A stretch of 50,472 nt of DNA from Candidatus Sungiibacteriota bacterium (GTDB taxonomy: Bacteria > Patescibacteriota > Minisyncoccia > Sungbacterales > HO2-52-23). Shown one piece after another: positions 28,275 through 36,917 of this stretch. Within the stretch, counting starts at the first letter, position 1, and the number at the start of each line of letters is the position of its first letter. Both the position numbers and the translations under genes were made by a program. The stretch spans positions 1 through 50,472 of the forward strand of contig JACPMG010000019.1 in the NCBI GenBank assembly GCA_016186095.1, read 5' to 3'. The notes under the pieces are model-generated. The model saw nothing but the letters and a program-made list of their open reading frames with translations. It did no database searches and was not told where the DNA came from.

Positions 28275-29495
28275 TTAAGATATCGTATGGATGTCAAATG
28301 CCATGTCGTGGAGCGCTTCACGGTGTGGCTCGATGCTGATTCTCCCTTCAATCAATCGCGCCAAATGAGGTTTATCCTGAAAACGGTTGATGAGCACAGC
28401 GCCCTTAAGCGCCCCTTCCTTTATAAAGAGGCGTTCATACTGGTTTCTCGCCGCATCAACCCGAGCGATTGTTTCCAAACCGCCATCGCAATCTCCCAGG
28501 GCAGTAATCTGAAAGCCGAGACTGGTGATGGAATAGGTAGAAATATTTCTAAAGGGCTCCTTTTGACCCAGCATATTCAATGCGGCTCGTTTGCCCTGCA
28601 GAAACGCGCTCGTCCAATTTCCCAAAACCCTGTGCCGATCCGCGATTAGATCATAAAATTCAGCCGCGTCGCCTGCCGCAAACACTCCTTCCTGATCAGT
28701 CGCCAAAAATTCGTCAGTCCGCACGCCTTTTTCTCCAAGTGCGATCCCCGACTCTTTCAAAAATTCCATGTTGCGCTCAAGGCCGATGCCAACCGCAACG
28801 GCATCACACTTGATCTCATGCAGTGCTTTGGTCGAAATCTTTAATTTGCCGTCATCCCGCTCCGCATCCGCGACAGCATCTTCGGCTCTCACGATTATGC
28901 CGTGCCTTGCAAAATTGTCGTGTAAAATTTCGGCTCCATCCCCATCAAGCAATTTCCCAAAAAAATGCGCGTCGCGGAAAAGTAGCGTCGGCGCTGCGCC
29001 ATTGAGCACAAAGATTTCCAAAAACTCAAGACTTATAAAGGACCCGCCGATGACCAACGGCGATTTTATGTCGGTCAGAACACTTTGCAATCTATCCGCA
29101 TCGTCCAGCGTCTGCAGACGGTAAATAAATCCCCGGTCCTCTTCTTTCCCCCAAGGTTTTACCCGTCCTCCGCTGGCAATAAGCAGTTTCTCGTAACCGC
29201 TAACCGATCCTCCGGAAAACATAACCTCTTTTCTCCCGGAGTCAACAAAAGACACGCTTTCCCCAAGCAAAAGATCAATACGTTTTTTGACAAAATCATC
29301 GGCTTTACGCAAAAAAAGCTGCTCGCGGCGTATCCGTTTCTTTAAATAATGAGGAAGGAGTACGCGGGAATACAGCACGTGCGGCTCGTCAGAAATAATG
29401 CCAATGGCGGCATTCGTATCATGTTCGCGGATAGTTTCGGCCGCGGTCACCCCGGCAATCCCTCCGCCGATGATAAGGTAATCATATTTAGTCAT
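28275..29495 (-). CDS. FAD-dependent pyridine nucleotide oxidoreductase (ferredoxin/rubredoxin reductase-like)
   Basis: GGGIAG, YSR..L, IGGSFI.LE, VFAAGD, QGKRAALNM. Confidence 0.88.
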   Translation of the reverse strand: MTKYDYLIIGGGIAGVTAAETIREHDTNAAIGIISDEPHVLYSRVLLPHYLKKRIRREQLFLRKADDFVKKRIDLLLGESVSFVDSGRKEVMFSGGSVSGYEKLLIASGGRVKPWGKEEDRGFIYRLQTLDDADRLQSVLTDIKSPLVIGGSFISLEFLEIFVLNGAAPTLLFRDAHFFGKLLDGDGAEILHDNFARHGIIVRAEDAVADAERDDGKLKISTKALHEIKCDAVAVGIGLERNMEFLKESGIALGEKGVRTDEFLATDQEGVFAAGDAAEFYDLIADRHRVLGNWTSAFLQGKRAALNMLGQKEPFRNISTYSITSLGFQITALGDCDGGLETIARVDAARNQYERLFIKEGALKGAVLINRFQDKPHLARLIEGRISIEPHREALHDMAFDIHTIS

Positions 29496-29504
29496 AGCCC
29501 AAAG

Positions 29505-29777
29505 TTATTTTCGCCAGCATGAACTGCAGATGCCATCTTTTTTCTCCTGCTCGCCGTAAAGCGTCCTCCCGCATTTGGTACAGCTGATGTTTCTCGCCTG
29601 ACAACGGCCGCAAATTTTCGTCTTTTTCTCAATTGTAAGAAAAAGCGGGGCCCCGCACTTTATACATTTGGCTCCCTCCCGCGAGCGCTGGCAATCCAGG
29701 CAAAGCCCCATTTTTTTATCATTGGGGGCATAAAGAGTGCGTCCGCACTTTTGGCAACTTCTGATTTCACTCTTCAT
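29505..29777 (-). CDS. Small protein with three tandem CxxC-x14-CxxC (zinc-ribbon-like) repeats
   Basis: CQKCGRTLY..GLCLDC / CIKCGAPLF..KICGRC / CTKCGRTLY..GICSSC; start at MKSEI. Confidence 0.75.
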   Translation of the reverse strand: MKSEIRSCQKCGRTLYAPNDKKMGLCLDCQRSREGAKCIKCGAPLFLTIEKKTKICGRCQARNISCTKCGRTLYGEQEKKDGICSSCWRK

Positions 29778-29877
29778 CCCACACATAACTTTGTGCTGGT
29801 TTTACCCGGCAGTAAAGTGGTTATAAATATTTGAGATGAAATCGGGCGCGTATCTTGCCCAAGGTTATGTGTGAGAT
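29776..29877. mobile_element. Miniature TIR element (MITE-like) at a gene start
   Basis: TIR ATCCCACACATAACTTTG / CAAGGTTATGTGTGAGAT (16/18); TTCAT direct repeat; left end identical over 19 nt to the 18896 element. Confidence 0.7.
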
Positions 29878-29911
29878 TCATCATAGTTAAGTATACTATG
29901 GTACTTCCAGA

Positions 29912-29948
29912 AAAACCAAAATCCCCCGTATCGGGGGATTTTGGTTTT
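29912..29948. terminator. Intrinsic terminator (bidirectional-looking) after the CxxC-x17-CxxC gene
   Basis: AAAACCAAAATCCCCCG-TAT-CGGGGGATTTTGGTTTT perfect hairpin. Confidence 0.75.
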
Positions 29949-29957
29949 ATGAAGAGA

Positions 29958-30164
29958 TTACCTTCGGAAACCTCCGCGTCCGCCGCGATCGTCGCGTCGG
30001 GGGGCGTTTTCGCGCCAGCAATTCTTGCAGAAGACATCGCGTCCGGCAGTGGGAGGAAAAGGAACAGTGTCCTGGGCCCCGCACTTGGAACAAGTGATGT
30101 CGTAGCGGGGACGGTCATCTTGCCATCCGCCAGCTCCTCCACCTCGTTGATCTTGAAAAGCCAC
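29958..30164 (-). CDS. CxxC-x17-CxxC domain protein with RG-rich tail
   Basis: CSKCG..DTVPFPPT.GR.VFCKNC; likely GTG start at 30164 (VAFQDQ). Confidence 0.85.
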   Translation of the reverse strand: MAFQDQRGGGAGGWQDDRPRYDITCSKCGAQDTVPFPPTAGRDVFCKNCWRENAPRRDDRGGRGGFRR

Positions 30165-30275
30165 TTTACTTCGCAAAACGTGTAACGCGTAGCATATAAC
30201 GCAAGTTCTTGCGATACACGATACACGATTTGCGCTACACAATTATGAACGACCTTGCTCTTCTTAAAACTATTT

Positions 30276-30392
30276 ACCCTCCCAACTTTTTGCAGCGGAG
30301 TAACTTTTTGCCGTAGGATTTCGTATACCTTTAGCGTCTTACTCTCTATCCAAGCGTAAGCAGAAAACTCTGATGCAAAAAGTTGGGAAGGT
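30276..30392. mobile_element. 117-bp inverted-repeat element (MITE-like)
   Basis: ACCCTCCCAACTTTTTGCAGCGGAGT / ACTCTGATGCAAAAAGTTGGGAAGGT (23/26 complementary). Confidence 0.55.
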
Positions 30393-30508
30393 TCATTGGC
30401 CTTTCAACATCCACGAGAAATCGTGATATATAAGACCTTATTATGTTTTAATACTGGGCTATTTATCAAGTATAGCATAGGGAAAAGAAAATTGCAAATA
30501 TGCTCGTC

Positions 30509-30658
30509 GATGCGGTTTCCTCGCCAATATGCTTTTTCAACACGTCTTGGCCGCTCCCGCGGCGGCCTGCGCTAATAGTCGGATGCGGTTTCCGCCTTCG
30601 GCGGACCAAGCAAACCGCATCCTCCATTGTCTCAAAAGCATATTGGCTCGACCGCATC
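30509..30658 (-). repeat. Structured ~150-nt element, copy A
   Basis: Minus strand has the conserved blocks ACAATGGAGGA, GCTTGGT, GACTATTAGCG and CGTGT and the same stem layout as copies at 36764, 42576 and 45328. Confidence 0.9.
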
Positions 30659-30731
30659 TTTACTCGCTAAGACATAACCAGCCAAGAACGCCGAAATATT
30701 TTCGTAGATCAAATGCTGTCTATAGTCAATC

Positions 30732-31797
30732 TTAAAAAATCCTCACGATATCCTTATACGTCACCAAAATCATAATAAGCACCAAAAACGCAAACCCGAG
30801 GGCGTGAGCGAAATTCTCCGCGGAAGGCGCAATTCTCCGTCCTCGCACCTTCTCAATCAAAAGAAAAAGAATCCGGCCTCCGTCAAGCGCGGGAATCGGC
30901 AAAAAATTTAAAATGGCCAAGTTCACCGATAACATCCCGATAAATTGTAAAACATAAGAGAAGCCAAGGGCCATGGTATCGCGGGCAAAGAAGAAAATCC
31001 CCACCGGGCCGGATACTGCCGCGGATACCTTCCTCTCAACAAAAATATCTTTGAGCAAAATCCCAAGACCCCGCACAGTTACCTCAACACTCCCCACAAG
31101 CGTTTTCAAACTCCCAAGGCGCTAAGTAAAACGGAGCGCGTTTAACAGTCAACCGCGCAAGCGCAATGCCTAAAGGACCTTCACCCTCGGGGAAATTTGG
31201 CCTCGGCACCGCCTTTATCTCCTGAACCGCGTTTCCGCGCCGGATAAGAAGGGTAACCTCCTCCCCCCGATAGGCATCCACAAAATCCCGCACGTCTTTT
31301 TCCGACTCTATGCGAAGCGATGCTCCCTCGGCCCGCATCTCCAAAATCTTATCTCCAAATTTAAGTCCCGCCGTATCTGCCGGTGAACCGGCAAGAACGC
31401 CTATTATGGACACCGGCGCGCCGCTCCCCGCCTCGTCCTCCACCTGCGGAACTCCGATGCCCGCCCCGACGCTGAAAAAAACCCAAGCCAGCACCAGATT
31501 CATAAATACTCCCGCGGCCAAAATTATAAACCTCTGCCAAGCCGGCCGGGAAATAAAACTTTTGGGGTCCTGCTCCCCTTCCCCGTGCTCGCCGAAAATT
31601 TTCACAAAACCGCCAAAGGGGAGAAGATTGAAAGAGTAGCGGACGCCATTTTTTACTTTTGCATAAACTTTGGGAGGAAACCCAAACCCAAATTCCTCTA
31701 CTTTCACTCCCAGTTTTCGTGCCGAATAAAAATGCCCCCATTCATGTACGAGGATTAGTAAACTTATAACGATTAAAACAAGGATTAGCGTAGCCAT
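30732..31797 (-). pseudogene. rseP: Site-2 protease RseP (M50 with PDZ), split by a frameshift near 31110
   Basis: HEWGH zinc motif and PDZ in ORF 31084-31797; SGPVGI and NFLPIPALDGG in ORF 30732-31109 in another frame. Confidence 0.85.
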
Positions 31798-32519
31798 ATA
31801 AGATACTCCGCATTTCCGCTGCCGCCCCGTATCGGCGACTCCATCTGTCCCATTATTTTCCAGCCGTGCTCTTCAGCCCATTGCAGGAAATTTTCTAGAA
31901 GTCCTTCGCGCTCTTTGGTATCGCGTATAACGCCGTGTCTTAAGATTTTGGAGTCGCGCGTCTGATACTGCGGCTTAAATAGCGCGATTATATCTCCTCG
32001 GAGCTTCAAAAAATGCCTCATGTGAGGCAGGATATTTTCCAGCGGAATCAAAGATACATCCATGGTAGCAATTTCTATCGGATCAGGCAACGATTCAATA
32101 TCACGTACATCAACCCCCTCCATCACCGCGACCCGTGAGTCCTCACGAAGTTTGGGCGCCAATTTTCCGCGCGCGGTGTCAATCGCGTAAACTTTTCTGG
32201 CGCCATATTTCAGCAAAACCTCCGTGAATCCACCCGTGGCCGCGCCGATATCGGCGCAGATTTTACCGGAAACATCAATCTTAAATTTCTCCAGAGCCGC
32301 TTCGAGTTTATATGCCCCGCGGCCGACAAATTCTCTCGGGCCACGGACTTCAACCCTCGCGTCCGGATAAACCTGCTGCGCCGGAGAGGTAGCCTTCTGT
32401 CCCTCAACAAATACCCGCCCTTCGGTAACAATAATAAACGCTTCCTGCCTGTCTCTGGCCCATCCTTTTTCGATCAAAATTCCGTCCAGTCGTTTTTTTG
32501 CCTTTTTGGGATCGCCCAT
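31785..32519 (-). CDS. tlyA: TlyA family rRNA 2'-O-methyltransferase
   Basis: S4 domain (KKRLD), FVGRGAYKL, DIGAATGGFT, LFKPQY, SPIRGGSGNAEYL. Confidence 0.93.
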   Translation of the reverse strand: MGDPKKAKKRLDGILIEKGWARDRQEAFIIVTEGRVFVEGQKATSPAQQVYPDARVEVRGPREFVGRGAYKLEAALEKFKIDVSGKICADIGAATGGFTEVLLKYGARKVYAIDTARGKLAPKLREDSRVAVMEGVDVRDIESLPDPIEIATMDVSLIPLENILPHMRHFLKLRGDIIALFKPQYQTRDSKILRHGVIRDTKEREGLLENFLQWAEEHGWKIMGQMESPIRGGSGNAEYLIWLR

Positions 32520-32530
32520 GAATACCAGTT

Positions 32531-33082
32531 CTACCCGCTTTCTCCGCCTTCGTCATGTTCTGGCGGCGATTCTTCATCATCATTATCGTCTGGCTTTTCT
32601 TCTCTTCCTTTTCTTTTCTCTTCTGCCAACTCCGGCAATCGCGAAAGTATAGCTTTGTTCGAATCCAAAAAATCCGGTCCGCGCAGCTCTTCGGCAGTCG
32701 CCCAACGAAGCTCGTCATGAACTACTAAAGGTGACTGCACCCACCCAATAATTCTACATATAAAACCATGCAGACGGAACGCATTCCCATCGGGAAGGTT
32801 GACATCCGTAACGGAAAGCGTGCGGACAATTTCAACGTCCATGCCTATTTCCTCCAAAACTTCCCGGCGTAAAGCCTCTTCAGGGGACTCCCCTGCCTCA
32901 ATTCTACCTCCGATGAATGCCCATTTACCGGCATATGGTTTGTCCGGCGCCCGCTTCCCTATCAAAAATTTTCCATCCTGTTCAATTATGGCAACAGCCA
33001 CATTAACATACTCGGGCGATTCTTTGCGCTTTGAGCCCTGCTCCGGTGATATTGATGAATCTTTAGGATTTTCTGTATTCAT
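32531..33082 (-). CDS. MutT-like NUDIX hydrolase
   Basis: GKWAFIGGRIEAGESPEEALRREVLEEIG. Confidence 0.88.
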   Translation of the reverse strand: MNTENPKDSSISPEQGSKRKESPEYVNVAVAIIEQDGKFLIGKRAPDKPYAGKWAFIGGRIEAGESPEEALRREVLEEIGMDVEIVRTLSVTDVNLPDGNAFRLHGFICRIIGWVQSPLVVHDELRWATAEELRGPDFLDSNKAILSRLPELAEEKRKGREEKPDDNDDEESPPEHDEGGESG

Positions 33083-33084
33083 AA

Positions 33085-33627
33085 TTATACCGTTATTAGT
33101 TCCTTCTCTTTTATCATCCCCATCTCCTCAATTTTTTTATTTATCTCGTCCACGATCTTCTGGATTTCGTGTTTCTCGCGGAATCTTTCATCCTCGCTGA
33201 TTTCTTTAGCTTTTTCTTTCCGGTCGGTTTCCCTAAGCATATCCTCCCGCTCCCTACGCACGTGAATCCGCGCATCTTCCAGATATCTGCCCAATAATTT
33301 GGCAAGTTCTTTTCTCCGCTCCTCGGTGAGCGGAGGGATGGAGAGCCGGATCATATCTCGATCCGTAACCGGATTTAAGCCGAGAGAAGAACTCTGGATC
33401 GCCTTCTCAATAGGCTGAATAGCATTTTTGTCCCACGGCTGAATTATTAAAGACCGCGGCTCGGGGCTGGAAATAGACGCAATAGCTTTCAGCTGGGTTT
33501 TGGAACCATAATAATCAATTTCTAAATCCTCCACGAGTGCCGGGGTGGCGCGGCCGGTACGCAAACCGGCAACTTCTTGTTTAAGATGCTCAATTATTTT
33601 TTCTAATTTTTGTTTAAATTCCTGCAT
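33085..33627 (-). CDS. frr: Ribosome recycling factor
   Basis: LRTGRATP, IQPWD, PPLTEERRKEL. Confidence 0.97.
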   Translation of the reverse strand: MQEFKQKLEKIIEHLKQEVAGLRTGRATPALVEDLEIDYYGSKTQLKAIASISSPEPRSLIIQPWDKNAIQPIEKAIQSSSLGLNPVTDRDMIRLSIPPLTEERRKELAKLLGRYLEDARIHVRREREDMLRETDRKEKAKEISEDERFREKHEIQKIVDEINKKIEEMGMIKEKELITV

Positions 33628-33630
33628 ATG

Positions 33631-34806
33631 CTATCTTCCCAAAACAATGAACATTGTATCCGTCTTTAGTGGATGAATCAAAATTCTATTGATTTTTCCT
33701 TTCGTATCAATAGTTTTAACGTTCCAGTTTATTCCTCCGTCGTCGCTCCGATGAATTTGATTTAAGGCCGTGGCAAAAATGGTGGCGGAATTGCGCGGAT
33801 GCACGGCCACTGATTTTACCGGCAGAGCTTCGGGCGGGATCAAAACATCCAGCCGCTCCCAAGAAAATCCGCCGTTGGTTGAACGCAAAAGCCCGTCCTG
33901 CGATCCAATATACAAAGTAGTAAAGATATTGGGGTCGGCAACGAGCGCTTCCAACGATTTACCAAAAGCGCCTCCGGCAAAAGGATTACTAAAGCTTGGC
34001 TGAATTGAAGGGCGCCCTTCCATTTCCGCGCGCGCGTTGGCCAATCTCTGCAATCCCTCATTCAAATCCGCCCAATTCTCCCCGCCGTCAAAAGTTTTGA
34101 AAAGATTTTTTCCCGAAGTCGTGACCAATATTTCTCCGGAGAATACCGGGTTCACCAGCATCCGTGTCAAAGCCTCGCTAAACCAGCGTCTCACCCTCCA
34201 AGTCCTGCCGCCATTTCTTGTTTCGAGCACCCCGCCCTGACCGGTGGCGATAACCACGTGATTCGAATCTTGCGGATCAACATATAGATCAAACACTCCG
34301 AAGCGATTGGCGGTAACGAAATAAACTTCCCGGAAGCTCTCGCCTCCATCTCCGCTTTTTAACACTCTGCCTCTGTTATTCTGAAAAACGGCCAAGTAAA
34401 TAATCTGGGGCTGGGAACGGCTCACCGCGACTTTATAGACATCAGCGCCCGGATCAAGAACGCGCGCCTTGTCGGACACCTTCTGCCATGAGCTCCCTCC
34501 ATCTTTGCTTCTCCACAGGCCGGATCCTTTGCTGCCTATGAATAATATGTCCGAGCTCGTGGCATGAAAAGCAAAATCCAGAATTTCTCTCGGAAACCTG
34601 ATACGCCCTTCGGTAGAGTTGGCCGCGCTCGTCCAAGTAGTACCGCCATCCTGCGAGCGCAGGAGCCCCTCGCCTGCCGCGACAGCTCCTCCGCTTATGG
34701 AACCAAACTGCAAGACATTAAAACCGGCAATACTTAAAACAAACGGCAGAACCACCACCAAACCGAGGATAACGATGAGTATGATAAGAATAACTTTGAA
34801 AATCAT
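33631..34806 (-). CDS. Membrane-anchored BNR/Asp-box beta-propeller protein (YCF48-like)
   Basis: Repeated S.DGG.TW motifs and an N-terminal TM. Confidence 0.85.
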   Translation of the reverse strand: MIFKVILIILIVILGLVVVLPFVLSIAGFNVLQFGSISGGAVAAGEGLLRSQDGGTTWTSAANSTEGRIRFPREILDFAFHATSSDILFIGSKGSGLWRSKDGGSSWQKVSDKARVLDPGADVYKVAVSRSQPQIIYLAVFQNNRGRVLKSGDGGESFREVYFVTANRFGVFDLYVDPQDSNHVVIATGQGGVLETRNGGRTWRVRRWFSEALTRMLVNPVFSGEILVTTSGKNLFKTFDGGENWADLNEGLQRLANARAEMEGRPSIQPSFSNPFAGGAFGKSLEALVADPNIFTTLYIGSQDGLLRSTNGGFSWERLDVLIPPEALPVKSVAVHPRNSATIFATALNQIHRSDDGGINWNVKTIDTKGKINRILIHPLKTDTMFIVLGR

Positions 34807-35687
34807 AATTTTACGGGATCGGCAGCTAAGGCCTCAAGAAAAATTGTATCCATAGCAAGACACGGATTAACATTAGTAGTATCAAGTACCTCGGCCATAC
34901 GAATGATGGCCCGGAGCGCCCGAAATCGCGGAGCGGTCCCAGCGGCACCCGCCTTCAGAAGACCCGCTCTTACCATCCGCACTACATATTCTATCACTTT
35001 TCTACGCTCTTCATCATCGGACGCTACTTTCTCCGCTAAACTAAACGCCTGCGGAAAATCCTTGTTACGCAAGATATCGTGCACGGATCGAAGCAGTTTT
35101 TTTTGCGCGTCAAGATAAGTTTTATCCTCAAGCATCCTAATCATCGCACCGGGCCTGCCTACGGCCAAATGTAAAATTTCTTTCTGATTCTCGCTCAAAA
35201 CGCCTCTTTGGACGAGATACCCGGAGAGAACGCTGTCCGGAACCAGCGAGAACCGAATCGGCTGGGCGCGGGATAAAATAGTCTGCCCAAGCAAGTCCGG
35301 CGCGGAAGTAACCAGCAAAAAAAGAGTTTTCTCGCCCGGCTCCTCAAGAAGTTTCAAAAAAGCATCCCCGGCCTCCGGGCTTAATTTCTCCGCTTCATTT
35401 ATAATAGCAATACGCCACTCCCCCTCCGGAGCGGCCAGAGCGAACATACGTTTGAGCTCGCGAATATCCTCAATGGGTATGTCCTTGCGCTTATCTTTTT
35501 TAGAAACAAGAGTATTCTCCAGATCAAGAATAATCGGGTACGGGCATGGGAGTTTTTCCGCAATACTTTTGGCCACGCTAAGTTTTCCCACGCTCTCCGG
35601 CCCGTGAAAAAGATAGGCATGGCTAATACGCCCGTTTTTCAAAACTTTCTCCAGATATTCAATTTGCCGCTCGTGTCCGAGGATCAT
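34803..35687 (-). CDS. holB: DNA polymerase III delta' subunit
   Basis: HAYLFHGPESVGK, IEDIREL, AFLKLLEEP, TILSR. Confidence 0.9.
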   Translation of the reverse strand: MILGHERQIEYLEKVLKNGRISHAYLFHGPESVGKLSVAKSIAEKLPCPYPIILDLENTLVSKKDKRKDIPIEDIRELKRMFALAAPEGEWRIAIINEAEKLSPEAGDAFLKLLEEPGEKTLFLLVTSAPDLLGQTILSRAQPIRFSLVPDSVLSGYLVQRGVLSENQKEILHLAVGRPGAMIRMLEDKTYLDAQKKLLRSVHDILRNKDFPQAFSLAEKVASDDEERRKVIEYVVRMVRAGLLKAGAAGTAPRFRALRAIIRMAEVLDTTNVNPCLAMDTIFLEALAADPVKL

Positions 35688-35713
35688 AGATCAATGCGTG
35701 GATAAATAGAGTC

Positions 35714-36724
35714 CTATCGTTTTGACATTATGCTCCTCTTGTAAACATCAAGATGTTCCAAAGCAATCCCCGTGCCTTTGGCCACGCATAAAAGCGAATT
35801 CTCGGCAATATGCGCGGGCACGCCGGTTTCCTGAAAGACTAGCTCATCAATATTTCTCAATAAAGAACCCCCGCCGGTCATCACAATTCCTTTATCCATA
35901 ATATCCGCGGCCAGTTCCGGAGGCGTGTCGTGCAAAACTGATTTTATAGCACGCACTATTTCATCAAGCTCATCGGCGATCGCATCCGTCACTTCAGGAG
36001 AATTAATTTCAACGGTCTTGGGAAGCCCAGACATCAAGTCGCGGCCCTTAATCTCCATTTTTAATTTTTCATCGTCCACCGGCACCGCGGATCCGATCTT
36101 AATTTTAATATCCTCGGCGGTCCGGTCTCCGATGGCTAAATTATAATTTTTTTTGATGTAATCAGAAATCGCCTGGTCTAGTTTATTTCCAGCAACTTTA
36201 ACCGAGGTGGAAGCGACAATCCCGCCCAAAGAAATCACCGCCACATCCGTAGTTCCTCCTCCAATATCCACCACCATATGGCCGGAAGGTTCATTTATGG
36301 GGATACCCGCGCCGATGGCTGCGAGCACCGGCTCTTTTACCACATAGGCGGCCTTAGCTCCGGCCTGCACAGTAGCCTCAATGACCGCGCGCCTTTCGGT
36401 GGAAGTCACACCCGCGGGAACGGATACCATCACTTCCGGGCGAAACAACCTGAATTTTCCTCCGGCTTTGTTGATAAAATAACGGAGCATGGCTTCGGTA
36501 ACGCGGTAGTCGGCAATAACGCCGTCTTTCAACGGCCTGTAAGCCACAATAGTCTCCGGAGTCCTGCCGATCATCTCACGCGCCTCGTTACCCACGGCGA
36601 GCACCGTATTTTCATCGCGCGATACCGCCACCACTGACGGCTCATTAATAACCACACCCCTTTTCGGAACAAAAACAAGGGTGTTGGCGGTGCCGAGATC
36701 AATGCCTATTTTCCTTATGAACAT
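35714..36724 (-). CDS. mreB: MreB/Mbl paralogue
   Basis: [24 protein letters not shown]; start at MFIRK. Confidence 0.95.
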   Translation of the reverse strand: MFIRKIGIDLGTANTLVFVPKRGVVINEPSVVAVSRDENTVLAVGNEAREMIGRTPETIVAYRPLKDGVIADYRVTEAMLRYFINKAGGKFRLFRPEVMVSVPAGVTSTERRAVIEATVQAGAKAAYVVKEPVLAAIGAGIPINEPSGHMVVDIGGGTTDVAVISLGGIVASTSVKVAGNKLDQAISDYIKKNYNLAIGDRTAEDIKIKIGSAVPVDDEKLKMEIKGRDLMSGLPKTVEINSPEVTDAIADELDEIVRAIKSVLHDTPPELAADIMDKGIVMTGGGSLLRNIDELVFQETGVPAHIAENSLLCVAKGTGIALEHLDVYKRSIMSKR

Positions 36725-36763
36725 GTCCGTCCACCACCCACCAAGCAAGGCTTGAGTTTAACT

Positions 36764-36917
36764 TGTAGGCGGTCGAGACAATATGGTTTCGAGACAATGG
36801 GAGGAGCGATTTGCTTGGTTCCGCCAAAGGCGGAAAATCGCGACGACCATTAGCGAGCTCGCCGCTGGAGCGAGCGAGTCGTGTCTCGAAACCATATTGT
36901 CAAGGAAACCGCCTACA
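36764..36917 (+). repeat. Structured element, copy B
   Basis: TGTAGGCGGT/ACCGCCTACA outer stem and a 20-bp GACAATATGGTTTCGAGACA/TGTCTCGAAACCATATTGTC stem; overlaps the murA stop codon. Confidence 0.9.

Noticed and set aside
30466-30657. Short ORFs with shared peptide FETMEDAV (30466-30657 minus, 45224-45427 plus)
   Set aside because: The similarity comes from the structured DNA element; frames and starts are not conserved across the four copies
35714-36724. Two mreB paralogues
   Set aside because: Multiple MreB/Mbl paralogues are common, so not unusual by itself
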